Origin: Marsupella aquatica
Taxonomy: Eukaryota; Plantae; Marchantiophyta
Length of the DNA: 64,000 nucleotides
NCBI GenBank assembly: GCA_973895155.1
Contig: OZ316894.1
Location: 7,216,234 to 7,280,233, forward strand
Direction of reading: 5' to 3'
Under the pieces are notes generated by a model. The model had not been told where the DNA came from, ran no database searches, and worked only from the letters and a program-made list of their open reading frames with translations. The translations under genes were made by a program, and so were the position numbers. Below are positions 13,301 through 25,029 of the stretch, one piece after another (within the stretch, counting starts at the first letter, position 1; each line of letters starts with the position of its first letter).

Positions 13301-14033
13301 TGTTTAAGAACCTGTCATCAATGAATGAGCCATTGCAAAAACGTTCCTTCACCTGCTCACAAACTGTGAACTTCTCTTCTTCCTTTTTCTTCCCCCAGCA
13401 ATCTAACACTCCAAAATGGGATCTAAGTACTTGCCCAAGCTGACTCCTGAAAAGATTATAGCTCTTGGCCCTCGGAGCTCCTCCCTCATTCAAATAAATT
13501 TTTGGCCTCTTGCTTCTCTCCTCTGCTCGCAGCTTCTCCTCCTCCGCTCTTTTCCTATCTGCAGCCCGTGCCTCTCTACATAAGGCCTTCTCTCTCTCTC
13601 GTGGTGAGAGGGCCTCCACAGGTACAATCTCCTTCTCCTCCCTTCTCTTCCTCTTCTCTTTCTCCCTAGTACGCTGCCTCTCCTCAAATGTTTTCTGAGC
13701 TTCAACAAGAACAGTGCTCCTAGAAGAGTCTAGCAATCCTTGTGTCAATGCAGCCACCTTTTGCGCATGCTCTATGGAGAGCCCTACCTGCTTATGGAAA
13801 ATTGCAGCCATGATCTCCCCAAAGTCTTCTGATGGCCCTGCTCCATCCCCAGTAGCTCCTCCAGCCCCACCTTGTCCGGCTCTTGACCCTCCATCTCCAC
13901 CATCTCCTTGCCCTCCAGCTGTTCCTCCAAATCCTATTCCTGTCCCTGCTCCTGCCCCTCCCCCAGCCCCTCCATCGCTCCCCTCCATAGCCATTTGCTC
14001 TTCGCTGCCGTGAGCCACGCGCTTATTTTTCAC
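10313..14033 (-). pseudogene. CACTA accessory (TnpA/ORF2-like) multi-exon gene with Gly/Ser/His-rich repetitive C-terminal region
   Basis: ORF 12960..14033 continues (frameshift) to VTHRMGQGG..LKAEF|GTAAG. Exon near 12300-12400 ERELAKKQGPRALRIHL. Gly/Ser-rich exon 11140-12230. Last exon ends KKRKGRHAPF* at 10313. Homologues at 43928-46024 and 62723-63730. Confidence 0.65.
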
Positions 14034-14901
14034 AAAGACATGAACTCCCGACTGTTTTTTGATGCAAAGCCCGACTCAAGTGCGTTTGCACTTAGGTCGA
14101 GTGCCCTAAAAATGCTTCCGACTACTCATCCGATTCTATTTACATCGCAAATTCCCATTAAAACTGTATCGGAGATTGTATCGGATGAACATCGGACCCC
14201 TCCTGCGAAGCACTAACCTAAGGCTCTTCCGATATAGAGAACATGGTAAATGAAGTTGGTCTTTCTTTGGATGACACTACGTTGGTTCTATGTGTTGGCC
14301 AGGGGTTCTACGGATAGGGCGGACCATCGGAGCCGTGGTATCCCGAGTCACATGCATGATTTTGGAGGTGGTTGGTATGTATAAGGGTTGCGGGTTATTG
14401 TTAAAGGTTACTCCAAATTTTTAGGGTGGCATTTAATTTGGAGTGCCAAATACAATTTGACCTAGCTAACCTTATGCATCTTGCATTCGGAATTTTGCAG
14501 TTCCTTTTTGCGGAGGGTTAGGTTATTGCGATTATTTTGGGTCCATTTTTGCAATGCATCATGCACAGTGAGAGCCCGCACATCTGAAAGGTATTACCAC
14601 CTCTACAATGTGAGCTATATTTACTATGAAGCATTACCTATAATTACTATGAATTTATTGATATTGGTGTACCCCAATTAAGCTCAAGTGTACTTGTGCA
14701 GCAATTTCAGATTTGTCTTAGAATATAATCTACTAAAGGCCAAGATCCTAGTCGGCACTGCAAAGCGCGGGTCTCATTCAGGTATTATTGATATGAAGAC
14801 ATCTATATGTTTTTTTTGCCTTCATATTTATTGCATTGGTCTTACATATTTAATTCCCACAATGGCACATAAAAGGTTATTTTTGTATGGGTGATGGACA
14901 G

Positions 14902-15135
14902 ATGTCTTCTTCCGAGAGTTCAGAGTCGGATTCTGACTCAACCTCTTCATCTTCTGAGGGGGACATTCCTCCCCCCCCCCCTCCAAGGCTTCAATGTCCT
15001 CCTCCTCTAGGACCTATTCCATGTTGGTGTGTCCGATGTAAAGGCATGGTGGTTCGTCAAGCCTGGGAAGCCATTGAGCATATTGAGAACTATGGCAGAC
15101 ACGAGGGCAATTTACCAGGATATTCTACTCGCGAG
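14902..15135 (+). CDS. First coding exon of the CACTA-1 transposase/SET unit (Ser-rich, CxCxxC...H zinc-finger-like)
   Basis: MSSSESSES...PCWCVRCKG...HIENYG, followed by donor GAG|GTATGC at 15135/15136. Homologous exon at 41834..42047. Confidence 0.65.
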
Positions 15136-15233
15136 GTATGCACAATTAATTGCTCTTGGAGACATTGACATGTACAATTTGCCACATTGCACCCATACAT
15201 TTATTAATTGTTGGTTTTTTTGTGATTGAATAG

Positions 15234-16153
15234 GTGCCTTGTAGGACCCCTCCTCCATTGGTCTCTAATGACTTATGGGTAAATACGCTTTTGGCTGGTG
15301 CAAGAGAGTTGCTTGCATCATCATCAGCTCCCTCTCCATCTAGCCCCCCCGTGTTCAGCCAGAGAGTGTAGCAGTTCCATCTAGGGTTGGACGCACCTGA
15401 GCACGTTCCCAGAGACAACGTCGCCGTTATGAACCCTTGCCAGGCACTCATGAGATTGAGGAGCAAGTTGTAGACCGTACTCTTAGAGTGCCACCAGGAG
15501 AGGACTATGTGGAAGTGGAAGGGAGGTTGGGGTTGTCATATGTCACCGGGAAGGCATTGACAGTGTTGAAGGATTTCTTGTCTGATAGATTCAAAATACC
15601 CCCTGGCCTAACCACTGATACCCCTATCCACATATGGGGTCACCAATGGATAGTGAAGGCGTCTTCCCTTGGCCCTGACATAGGATTTGGGGTGTTTGCC
15701 TTGGAGGACATTGTGGTCCCGCCCAAGCCGTGGCCCCGAGGTTATGATGGTGAGCACCTATTTCCATACATTGGTCCTGTGTATACTTCAAAAGGTTGGA
15801 ACATTCTATTGCGCCAACACCCATCGTGGGGTGTCTATGCATTGCAAATGGATTCTGATCCAGATGAGCTCATACGGAGGCCTTGGCATTCTCGGATGAT
15901 TGATGGCGACCCTGTTCACTCCGATAATATAGCTGGGTACATCAATAGTACTCGTGGTAGAGGGAGAGGACTTAGGCCTAATTATGTAGAGTGGATTCAG
16001 ATATTTGGTCCACCTAGAGAGCCTTACTATGTAAAACATATGGATGATCATGTCATGACTGTAGCCATTACAACCATTAGGGCTGGCCAGGAGTTGTTTT
16101 GTGACTATGAGTGGGATAGGCCCAAGAAAGCATTGCTTTCTCGCCCCATGTAG
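15234..16153 (+). pseudogene. SET-domain (protein lysine methyltransferase-like) exon
   Basis: GFGVFALEDI, PYIGPVY, IDGD...NIAGYINST and IRAGQELFCDY motifs in ORF 15437..16153. Acceptor AATAG|G at 15233/15234. A stop and a frameshift lie upstream of the domain. Confidence 0.85.
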
Positions 16154-16367
16154 GGCAGACATATATGTATATATACCACCTTTTTGTTTAACATAAAATA
16201 CATGATACAGGTTTTCAAACTAAATTGGTTAGTTGTGTAAGTCAATCTTTGATCAAGGTTTGAAAGTATACTAGTAGAATGTGTAAAGAGAATTGTCTAT
16301 ACCTTTAAACACTTGTCTCATTGCATGTGGCCCTTCTAATATAATATGTATGTTTGTGAAATGTTAG

Positions 16368-18609
16368 AATGCATATGTTCAACCAGATATGGGGGTATTA
16401 TCACCAGCAATGCGGCAACACCTTGTTGAGGCCATGGGTGATTGGCGTAGGGCTCAAGCATCAGAGAATGAAGATGCCCCTCCTGAGCATGTGTCTAATG
16501 CCACCGAAGATAGACTTGAGGAGGAGAGGGCAATGGATGATCTTATGCACCAGTTCTATGACGTGGAGGATGGTGACCATGATATGGGTGATGCATTTCA
16601 TACCAATGCACATCCTCATGGTGACAATCCTTCACAAGGTTCTTCCTCTAGACAATGGGAGGAAGCTCGTGACCATGCGCAAACATGAAGTTTTGAGGGG
16701 TCACAACTATCTCGGCTCTCAGGAATAATGTTATTGTTGAACTTGCAGCAAAGACATGGAGCAAGCTAAGCAATCTCCTTCTTGATGATCTCTTCAGGAC
16801 CTTGCATAGTCATATTTTGCCAGAAGGGAACTGCTTGCCTAGTTCATGGAAAGCGGAAAAAAAGGTGTTGAAATCCATAGGCCTCAAATATGAAGTCATA
16901 CATGCTTGTGTGAATGGTTGTGTTCTGTTCAGGGGCGAACACAAAGATGCCACTACATGTCCTACATGTGACCAACCGAGGTATCGAGAGGACATGCTGA
17001 CTGGAAAAGTAGCACAGAAGGTCATGAGGTATTTTCCTCTTATCCCTAGATTACGGCACCAGTACCGATGTACAGAGTTGGCTGAGTATATGGTGTGGCA
17101 TTCCAAGAACCGGTCAGATATGAGTTCAGATCGGCCAACCATGCGTATGATGGTGGACTCACCTGCAAATAGGTTTGTGGAGGACCGATGGGGTGACTTC
17201 AAGACAGACCCACGTCATTTATGACTAAGTTTGGCATCAGATGGGATCAGCCCCTTTGCATTGGCCGGGAAGGCCCAACCATACTCAGTTTGGCCAGTAG
17301 TCCTTACAAATTACAACATCCCTCCATGGATGGCCATGAAGAAAGGTCATTTGCTGCTCTCAATGATTATCCCAGGCCCCAAGCAAGTAAAAAAGATTGA
17401 TGTTTACTTGGAACCATTGTTGGAGGAGCTTCAACAACTATGGAGGGGAGTGGATTGCTATGATGGTCGAGTGCTGACGGGTGGTTTACCTCATGAATTT
17501 AAATTAAAAGCCATCGTTATGTGGACCATACATGATCTTCCTGGTATGTTAAAATATACCTTCCCCAATATTATGCATGGTTTTTTAAGGTAGATAATAC
17601 ACTATAGGATAATGTTATATATAAAAGTTTGCCTGGCTATTGTTTAATGTATTGATTGTGTGTGTTGTAGGGTTTGGATATATCTTTAGGTTGCAGACAT
17701 CAGGATACCAAGCCTGCCCAACTTGTGGTCCTGATTTGGAGGGAGTGGCACGCCCTAAGTCTACCACCCTACGGAAGATAGTTTACATTGGTCACACAAA
17801 GTATCTCCCCCCAGAGCATGAATGGAGCCGTGACCCATTCTTATATGACACGGATGATGGCCAACCAGACACACGCCCTCAACCAGTGCCAAGGGATCCA
17901 CGCTATTGGAAGGAGGTATGGGATAGAGTGACAGACCCAGATGATCCCTTACCATTGGCCCGGTGTGGCATGACTCGTTTGTCTGCATTAATGTCAAAGC
18001 TGCCATATTGGGCTGAGATGCCAATTAACCATTTGTTTGACCCTATGCATATTGAGGGGAACGTTGGGAGGTCATTGATTCGCCATCTATATGGAGAGAA
18101 AGACAACAACTGGAGAGAGAGTTGTGAGGAGATGGGGATGCATGGTCCTCATGGTTTTTGGCCATCTATGGATCCCCCTAATGGCCCCCTTACTATTCAC
18201 CCTCCTTGGGTATTGACCAGAGGTGAGCGGATTGAGTTCCGCAATCGTATAGGGTCAATGAGGTTTCCTACGGGCTACGGGGCCAATCTGCGCAAGGCAT
18301 TTGGGGGACCAGACTGTCCACGTTGGCGAGCTTTCTTGAAGACCCATGATTACCATCGTCTACTACAACATGTCATTCCAGTGGCCATCATTGGATTGGG
18401 TAGTGAGGATCTTCATGATGCCCTATGGTCATTAGGTAAGCTCTTGAGGTGGGTGTGTCAAAAAGAGGTGAATGAGGATGAGATTGCAGCTATGGACCTG
18501 TTTGGAGTGGAGGTATTGTGCAAGTTGGAGAGGGCACTCCCTCCTTCATTCTTTGATGGCCAAGTTCACTTCCTCCTACACCTAGTGCGTGAGGTTGGCA
18601 TTGCAGGGC
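16368..18609 (+). pseudogene. CACTA TnpD/Tnp2-type transposase, 5' part (Transposase_21 + DUF4218-like)
   Basis: IHACVNGCVLF, ASDGISPF, SVWPVVLTNYNIPPW, WTIHDLP, DPMHIEGNV, LKTHDYH, PPSFFD. Intron 17544-17670. Several stops. Interrupted at 18610. Confidence 0.93.
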
Positions 18610-19398
18610 TGTGGTGCGTCCCATGGCTCCCTAAACCCAAGAAACCCCCCAGCTCAAGCCGATTCCCGCAGGTTTCGCGCTTGGCGAGGCCGTTTCCGCG
18701 GCTTAGCGGCATGGGACGCTGCTAACCTCCTCCTACTCTTACTATTAGCCTTTTACCCACATATACTGGACAGATCCTTCATCGGGTCATGAGATACGTA
18801 GCCGGCCTAATCTAGGCCTTCCCTTGTCTTCCTCTCCTTCTGGTTAGGTATGTTTGGATTCCGCCGCCGGAATGATCCCCAATAGGCTTGGTTAAGCCGC
18901 TAAGACCTCTCTCAGCTCGACACATCCAACTCTCACTCCCTTGTTTACTTTCCTTCCTTCTGGTAGATGTGGGCACTCTTCACACAAGTTAATGCGACAC
19001 ACAAATAGCAAAATGACTCCTTCTGACTGAGTCATACCATGCACTTGCCATACAAACAGTACATCTCATACACAAGTTCTGCGAACTGAGCCGTGAGGCC
19101 AACTCTATTCAGCTCTTAGGCATGAGGAAACATGAATATACACAAGGTCACGGTATGACTAACCGAGAGCTTCTCTTACTACTTGATCCCAGCCCGGCTG
19201 GTGCAACTAAAAACTTGCTAAAGAAGAGGCCCTGAGCTCCCCGCTGCCCAGGTACTTATCCTGGTAGTGGATCCGCCTAATTCTTTGCAGCATAAGCCTA
19301 ATCTACCTAACAGTAATCTACTTGCCCGAAACTACCTATGTACAGCAAGGCAGGAGCACAAGTGTTGCTCCTACCAGTGGAACCGCAATCCCACTAAG

Positions 19399-20948
19399 CT
19401 AAGTGTCAGGGCCGCTCCTGGTCCTGATCCTAATCCTAAACTTGGAGATCAGCGCCCGCCCTGCCCACTCACGCCTCCTACCTCCACGTCCGCCTTTCCT
19501 AATAGGAACGGCGCCCTTGCACCGCCACGACACCGGTGGTGGATCCTCAATGGACGCCCCCAATGCTTCCTCCGCAACCACTGCCGTTGGTCCATCCTCT
19601 GACAGATTACCTGCCTCTGACCGAGTCAACTTTTCGGCATGACTGGGCCCACCCTCGGCTTCGGCATCGGATCGGGAATCATTCTCGGCTACGGCCTCAG
19701 CCTCAGCCTCGGCTTTAGCCACTGTCTCCCTGGCCTGCTCAAGAGGTGGATCTGGGATACCGGCCTCATTATTGAGTAGTTTGGCTTGGGCCGCGCCATC
19801 CCCACCTTTGGTGATAGCGGAATCTATTGCCGTGCTCATGCCGGAGGTTGGTGCTGGGTCTACCTCCTTGGTCACCACGGCCAGTGGAGTCGTATTACTC
19901 CTTGACCCTGAAGGTTTCCGCTTCTTCTTCTTTTCTGGTTCGGCAACTGGTCCCTTCCCCTTCCCACTTACTTCCGTCACTGGTGCAGGTGGCGCGGCTT
20001 GTTCTTCGGCCAGTACCACTCCTGGTAACTTGGTTGCCCCAATTGGAGTTGGGCCTGATGAAGACAAGCACTTAAATACTGCGGCTTGTTTCTTCAACCG
20101 CTCTGTTTGGTTGTCGGCCCACCGCTGTAGGTTCTCCATCTTCCTCGTGAGTTCCTCCAACTCCTCCTGGGTCTCATCCAGGTCCCTGCGCGCCTCCTCT
20201 AGTTCCTTCTGGGCTTCCTCCCGTTCCCTGTGGGATTCCTCCAGTTCTTTCTTCAAGGTAGCCCTCTCCTCCCATGTTGCTCTTAGCTCCTTGTCGAGCT
20301 CCGCTACGACCTCAGACTCATGTTATTCATCTTGGCATAAGTCTGGTCGAGCTGGGCGTCCTTCTCCCGCAGGTCGGCCTTGAAGCTGGCCGTCAGGGAC
20401 GCAAGCTCCTGCTGTAGCGCAATAATCCCTTGATAGGATTTCCCTAACTCGGCCTCCTTCTACTCAAGGACTCCGTGGATTTTCTCGAGCTCCCCCTTCA
20501 ATGCCCTCTCCCTTCTCTGAGTCTCCGCCGTGACCCGGTTGTTGACTGCTATATGGGCCTCTTCTGCGTTTCTCAGCTCCTTCCATTTCTCCCTGTCCTT
20601 GATTGCGTCGGCCAATTCTCCCTGGGTCTGAGTCAGTTTATCCTTGATAATCTGATTATCAGCCTGCGCTATGTCCAACTGCCCCTGTATGATGTTCAGC
20701 TCATGCCACTTAATCCTCAGTTCATCTTGGGCTTTCTTGGCCGCCTTTAGATCTTCAATCTTGGCTTCCATCCTCCTAAGCCGCCGGATGACCTTGTCCT
20801 TCTTGCTTCTCTCTAAAGCCACCGCTTCTTCTAATTGGTTCTTCTCCAACTGCTCCCTATGGAAAAAGGGTCCTACCTCCAACTCCTCCCCAAAGATGCC
20901 GAGCGCAAGTTCCCCACACATCTCACCATACTCCATGGCTCTATTCTT
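19399..20948 (-). pseudogene. Unit A long ORF, C-terminal coiled-coil and acidic part
   Basis: ORFs 20460..20936 and 19399..20256 are E/K/L heptad-rich and homologous to 57771..59521. Confidence 0.7.
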
Positions 20949-22335
20949 TGTGGTATGGGTGTCCCTGCAATTTTTTCTGGAAACTTGTTTATTTTTAGCA
21001 TATCACAAGATTTACTTACACTTTAGACACCTTCCGGCCAACATTTACTTGTTCTGGACACTTATAGAAATATTTGACATCTCCGGCTTTCCTGACGATT
21101 CCTAGTGTACTTTGCCCGACGCTGTGACCAGCGCCCGTTTCTTTTACTCAAGACGCTGCGGAAGCGTCCAACCTCCTCATGACGCTTTTGGCAGTGCCCG
21201 ACCGCCACCAAGACTCTATGAGGATTTCGACCGACGCTGTGGAAAGCGTCAGCTTCAACACACGACGCTGTGAGCAGCGTCCACCCTAGTATTGACGCTG
21301 TGAGCAGTGTGAGCAGCGTCCGTTGGTTTTACTTAAGACGCTTCTAGCAGCGTCCAGATTCTCCCGACGCTTCTAGCAGCGTCCGCTCAACACTTAGTTT
21401 TTGAAGTAGATTACTAGTAAAGTAGTATTCTACCACCCTTGTTGAAGTACTTATGCTGTGCTTCTCCCTTGTTTAGTTTTAAGCTTGGAAAGGCACGACT
21501 GTTCTTACCTCCTCCATTTTAGGATTCCAGCACTTATAAGACAGAGTAGAATGCTCATTTGAAGTAGAGAGAAATAGAGTTAATACTGTATTCAGAATTG
21601 AGTCTTCTGAATAGTTTTCTCCTCCTTCCATTGTAACAAGGCATGCTGTGAGTGTTTTGTATGGAAGTAAAGCTATATTGATTGAAGTTAAGATTGAATT
21701 CAAGAGATTCCTGTGGTGATTGAATTCAGTTGCAGATTTCTGAAACTCGTATTGAATTCACTGCTAGGCTTGCTTGCAGAGTCGGGATTCGCTAGCCAAT
21801 TCAAGAATAGTTAATGATAAATGAGAAGTAAATTCTGATTCTCAGAGTAGTTAGTACTGTTGCTTTGATTCTGGAATATGGTTTAGAGTTTGACTGAATT
21901 GCGTATCGCTGATGTCAAACCATGTTGACGGCATTTTAAATCATATCATTCATTTGCAATCAGAAAGCTTCTGCTTCATCAGATTGAGAATTCCATTATC
22001 ATTAACCTTTGTGTTTTGAAGAGTGAGATGGATGAATTATGAGATAGATTTCATGTCTATACTGAGCCCAAATCCTTTCTGAAGGAGTGGCAGTAGCTTG
22101 TAGTCTCTAAATCCTTACTCATTTCTTCTCTAATTCATAAATCAGAAGTTCAGTTACTTTGTTGTTTGTTTATTCGATTTTTTTATTGAGAAGTGAAGTC
22201 AACATAGAGCTCAAGACTCTAAATCACTCGGAGTGATAAAAGTTATACAATTCATTCTGAAATCTGTTCTTAAAGGGATCGAAACCCTGGTTTTAGGTGA
22301 GGAGAGTCACTTTTGATACTTAGCACTATACGACA
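20949..22335 (+). repeat. 5' LTR
   Basis: TGTGGTATGG...ACTATACGACA, near-identical to 26500-27886. Confidence 0.97.
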
Positions 22336-22341
22336 TCTTTT

Positions 22342-22359
22342 TGGCGCCGCTGCCGGGGA
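22342..22359 (+). promoter_or_regulatory. Primer-binding site, Athila-type (tRNA-Asp-like)
   Basis: TGGCGCCGCTGCCGGGGA, 6 nt after the 5' LTR. Confidence 0.85.
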
Positions 22360-23553
22360 ACGAATTTAAGATTGAATTGACGTACAGGCAGTGTATGCCA
22401 GAAGGAGCTAGACGGGAGAGGAATTCACGTTCTACTATAATTGTGAAGATGCGTCATCACTCCAGTTAAAAAGATGAAGAGCTTCCATTTCGAGGTGATG
22501 CCGTACTCTATCCAAAGCGCCCCGGAAGCTCTCTTAAGAGTATTGGAAAAATTTGTGGTGCCAAACTTAAGAGAAGAAACCGCCCTCCCACCAGAAAAGG
22601 CCTCACAGAGAGGAGCTGTTGCTCGTCAAGTTGCTTTGGAGATAGTCGAAGACACCAAAGACACTTTGAGTGACAAGTGAAGTTATTCTAACGTTGCTCG
22701 GGACGTATGATTTGTAAAATTGTCCAACCATCCTGGTTCGTGTGACCGATGCCACCTATCCGATCTTTGGGAACATTAAGAATTAGGAATTTGAGGAATC
22801 GTTATGTTAATTCTTGGGTTCTGAGCCTGAGAGGGAGGAATGGCATACATTGGTTAACTATCACCTGGTGGGAAGATGAAAGTTTGCATTTAGTAATATT
22901 AAGGCTGAATGGTAGGATCACACAGGAGTGATATTTAGTCATTTCCATTCGGGAGTTAGCGGAAAGAATCATGCACCAGGAATTGCGTAGAAGATTAGGA
23001 AGGAGTTAGATGTCTGATTAGTAGGATGGCCTAGTGTAGCGTACCATGTGGTAAAGAAATTTCAGGGTGAAGGAAGTCGGAGATTATGGGGAACGCCCGG
23101 TTCCAGTAATCGCCACCGTAAAGGAGATAAGGAAGGACGCCGCGAAGAGCGTCCAATGCGATTCGTCCCAGAAGATTCCGCAAGTCAGGACGCTTCGAGT
23201 AGCGTCCGATCCCAGTGGACGCTGTGAGCAGCGTCCGGTGGAATCTGTGACGAACCAACGTGCGCGACGCTTCTGGTGTGCCTTTCCGCGTCTCAACCTG
23301 AAGGACGCACCAGAGAAAACGAGGTTTTAGAATCTCGGCTGGTCACTGAAGGGAAGTATTAGCTACGGGATAGCAAGGGGGAGGAATCATGCAAGGGATG
23401 TTGAACGACGCTACGGGAAGTCACTTTGAGGAAGCAGGTTCATATCTCCCGGAGTGGGGTGATAACGTCGCACCTAAATGATGACTCCTTGCATAAAGAC
23501 TCCTGAGGAGCGGGTCTGGTGTCTCAAAATCACCCGTGCTTGGAGAATGAGGG

Positions 23554-25029
23554 ATGTCTGAGGGAGATCCACCGAATAAAAGAAAACCTACCAAGACCTC
23601 CAGTAATTCGGATGCTGCAAAATTAGTAGTGACCCCTCGCACATTGTTACCCGAATTCCAGTCACCAGGAGCACCTGCACCGGGTAGTGTGTGGAAACAA
23701 GTGGGATCTATTCAAGAGGCAAGTGGCTCTTTGGAAAGGCCCACGTCGACCCGACCCCTGTTTGTAAATCTTCGTTCAGGTCCAAAACTTATTGGTTCTC
23801 AAAAGACCAAGCTCCGCCAGCAGACAGTACGTTCGGTGAACCAAATTGACTCTGGTGTGGATAGTACCACTGAGAGGGCCTTATCTCATACCGAAGGAAG
23901 AAATTTGGGTTTGCCCGAGAATACAGTTGCAGAATCGCTGGCCCAAGATAATTCTGTCGATCTTTCACAATTGGATAATCCAGAACCACTGAGTGAAGCC
24001 GGTGGTTCGTCTTCTAGTGAGACAAGCAGCAGTTCAGGCTTGGGCAGCCCAAACCCATTTGCTACCCGATCAGCTCTTCCTTTCGTTACCCTCCTAGCTC
24101 CAACCACGATGGCTCGAAATAATGTGAGGTACGACCGGTTCTTCGGTACTTCCAAGGAGGATGCAGAGGTGTATTTGAAAGAATTTGAAGCTGCAGCTGC
24201 ATCCAATGGACAGAGTCAAGACGCTGAAAAAGCCAATCTGTTTGGTGGTCTAATGAAAAAGGGTGCTCAGAAATGGTATGACCGTTTTCCGGACAAGCAG
24301 GATTGGGGGAAATTGAAGGCTGCTTTCTTGGCCAAATATAAAGAAGAAGGAGCAGCTGCGCGTGCCTTTGCCCGAATCTCACATCTGCACATGAAGAAAC
24401 ATGGGTCTGTGAGGAAATATGCCGACAAATTATTGGATTTGGTAGATCAATATAATCCAGCTACCTCGAAATCTACTATCAAGGACTGGTTTATTAACGG
24501 TTTACCCTCCAGGATTGCTCGTTACGTGAGACGAGAAGGTGGCACCACTTTGGAAGAAGTACAAGAGGCAGCCCAGAAGTACGTAGACTCGGAGATTTCA
24601 GAGAGAAAACGAGTTAAGAAGGACCTGAAGAAAGACAAAAGAAAGAAGAAGAAAACGTCCAGGTCTAAATCTGACTCGGAGACGGAATCAAGTGGAAGTA
24701 GCACTAGTGAGGAGGACGAGAGTACAAATTCGAGCACTAGTGATAGTTCAAGCTCAAGTTCCGACTCAGAATCCGTTGCTCCTAAAAAGAAGAAATCCTC
24801 TGTAAAAGGGAATAATAAAGTTCCCAACCAGAAGAAGATGGATCGCATGATGGAAGAACTCTCTGGCCAATTGTCCAAGTTGAATGTCAATATCGCCGCG
24901 GTAAAACCAGTACGAAGGTTGCCTGCTCCCATGAGAATGAACGTATGGTGCACCCGATGCAGTCAGCAGGGACACCCATACCACATGGAAACGGTTGCGC
25001 CATGCTATCAGTCGACAGATCTTTCCTGA
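23554..25029 (+). CDS. gag: Retrotransposon Gag-like protein
   Basis: F.G...EDAE.YL..FE, A.KWY, W..LK..FL.KY and F.NGLP capsid-like motifs. Partial zinc knuckle CTRCSQQGH. Confidence 0.85.
   Translation: MSEGDPPNKRKPTKTSSNSDAAKLVVTPRTLLPEFQSPGAPAPGSVWKQVGSIQEASGSLERPTSTRPLFVNLRSGPKLIGSQKTKLRQQTVRSVNQIDSGVDSTTERALSHTEGRNLGLPENTVAESLAQDNSVDLSQLDNPEPLSEAGGSSSSETSSSSGLGSPNPFATRSALPFVTLLAPTTMARNNVRYDRFFGTSKEDAEVYLKEFEAAAASNGQSQDAEKANLFGGLMKKGAQKWYDRFPDKQDWGKLKAAFLAKYKEEGAAARAFARISHLHMKKHGSVRKYADKLLDLVDQYNPATSKSTIKDWFINGLPSRIARYVRREGGTTLEEVQEAAQKYVDSEISERKRVKKDLKKDKRKKKKTSRSKSDSETESSGSSTSEEDESTNSSTSDSSSSSSDSESVAPKKKKSSVKGNNKVPNQKKMDRMMEELSGQLSKLNVNIAAVKPVRRLPAPMRMNVWCTRCSQQGHPYHMETVAPCYQSTDLS

Noticed and set aside
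21118-21383. CRISPR array
   Set aside because: Repeats are short and variable, spacers irregular, there are no cas genes, and the array is duplicated as part of two LTRs in eukaryotic DNA.
21479-21703. Identical 74-aa ORF present twice (also 27030..27254)
   Set aside because: A consequence of LTR duplication, with no coding signature.
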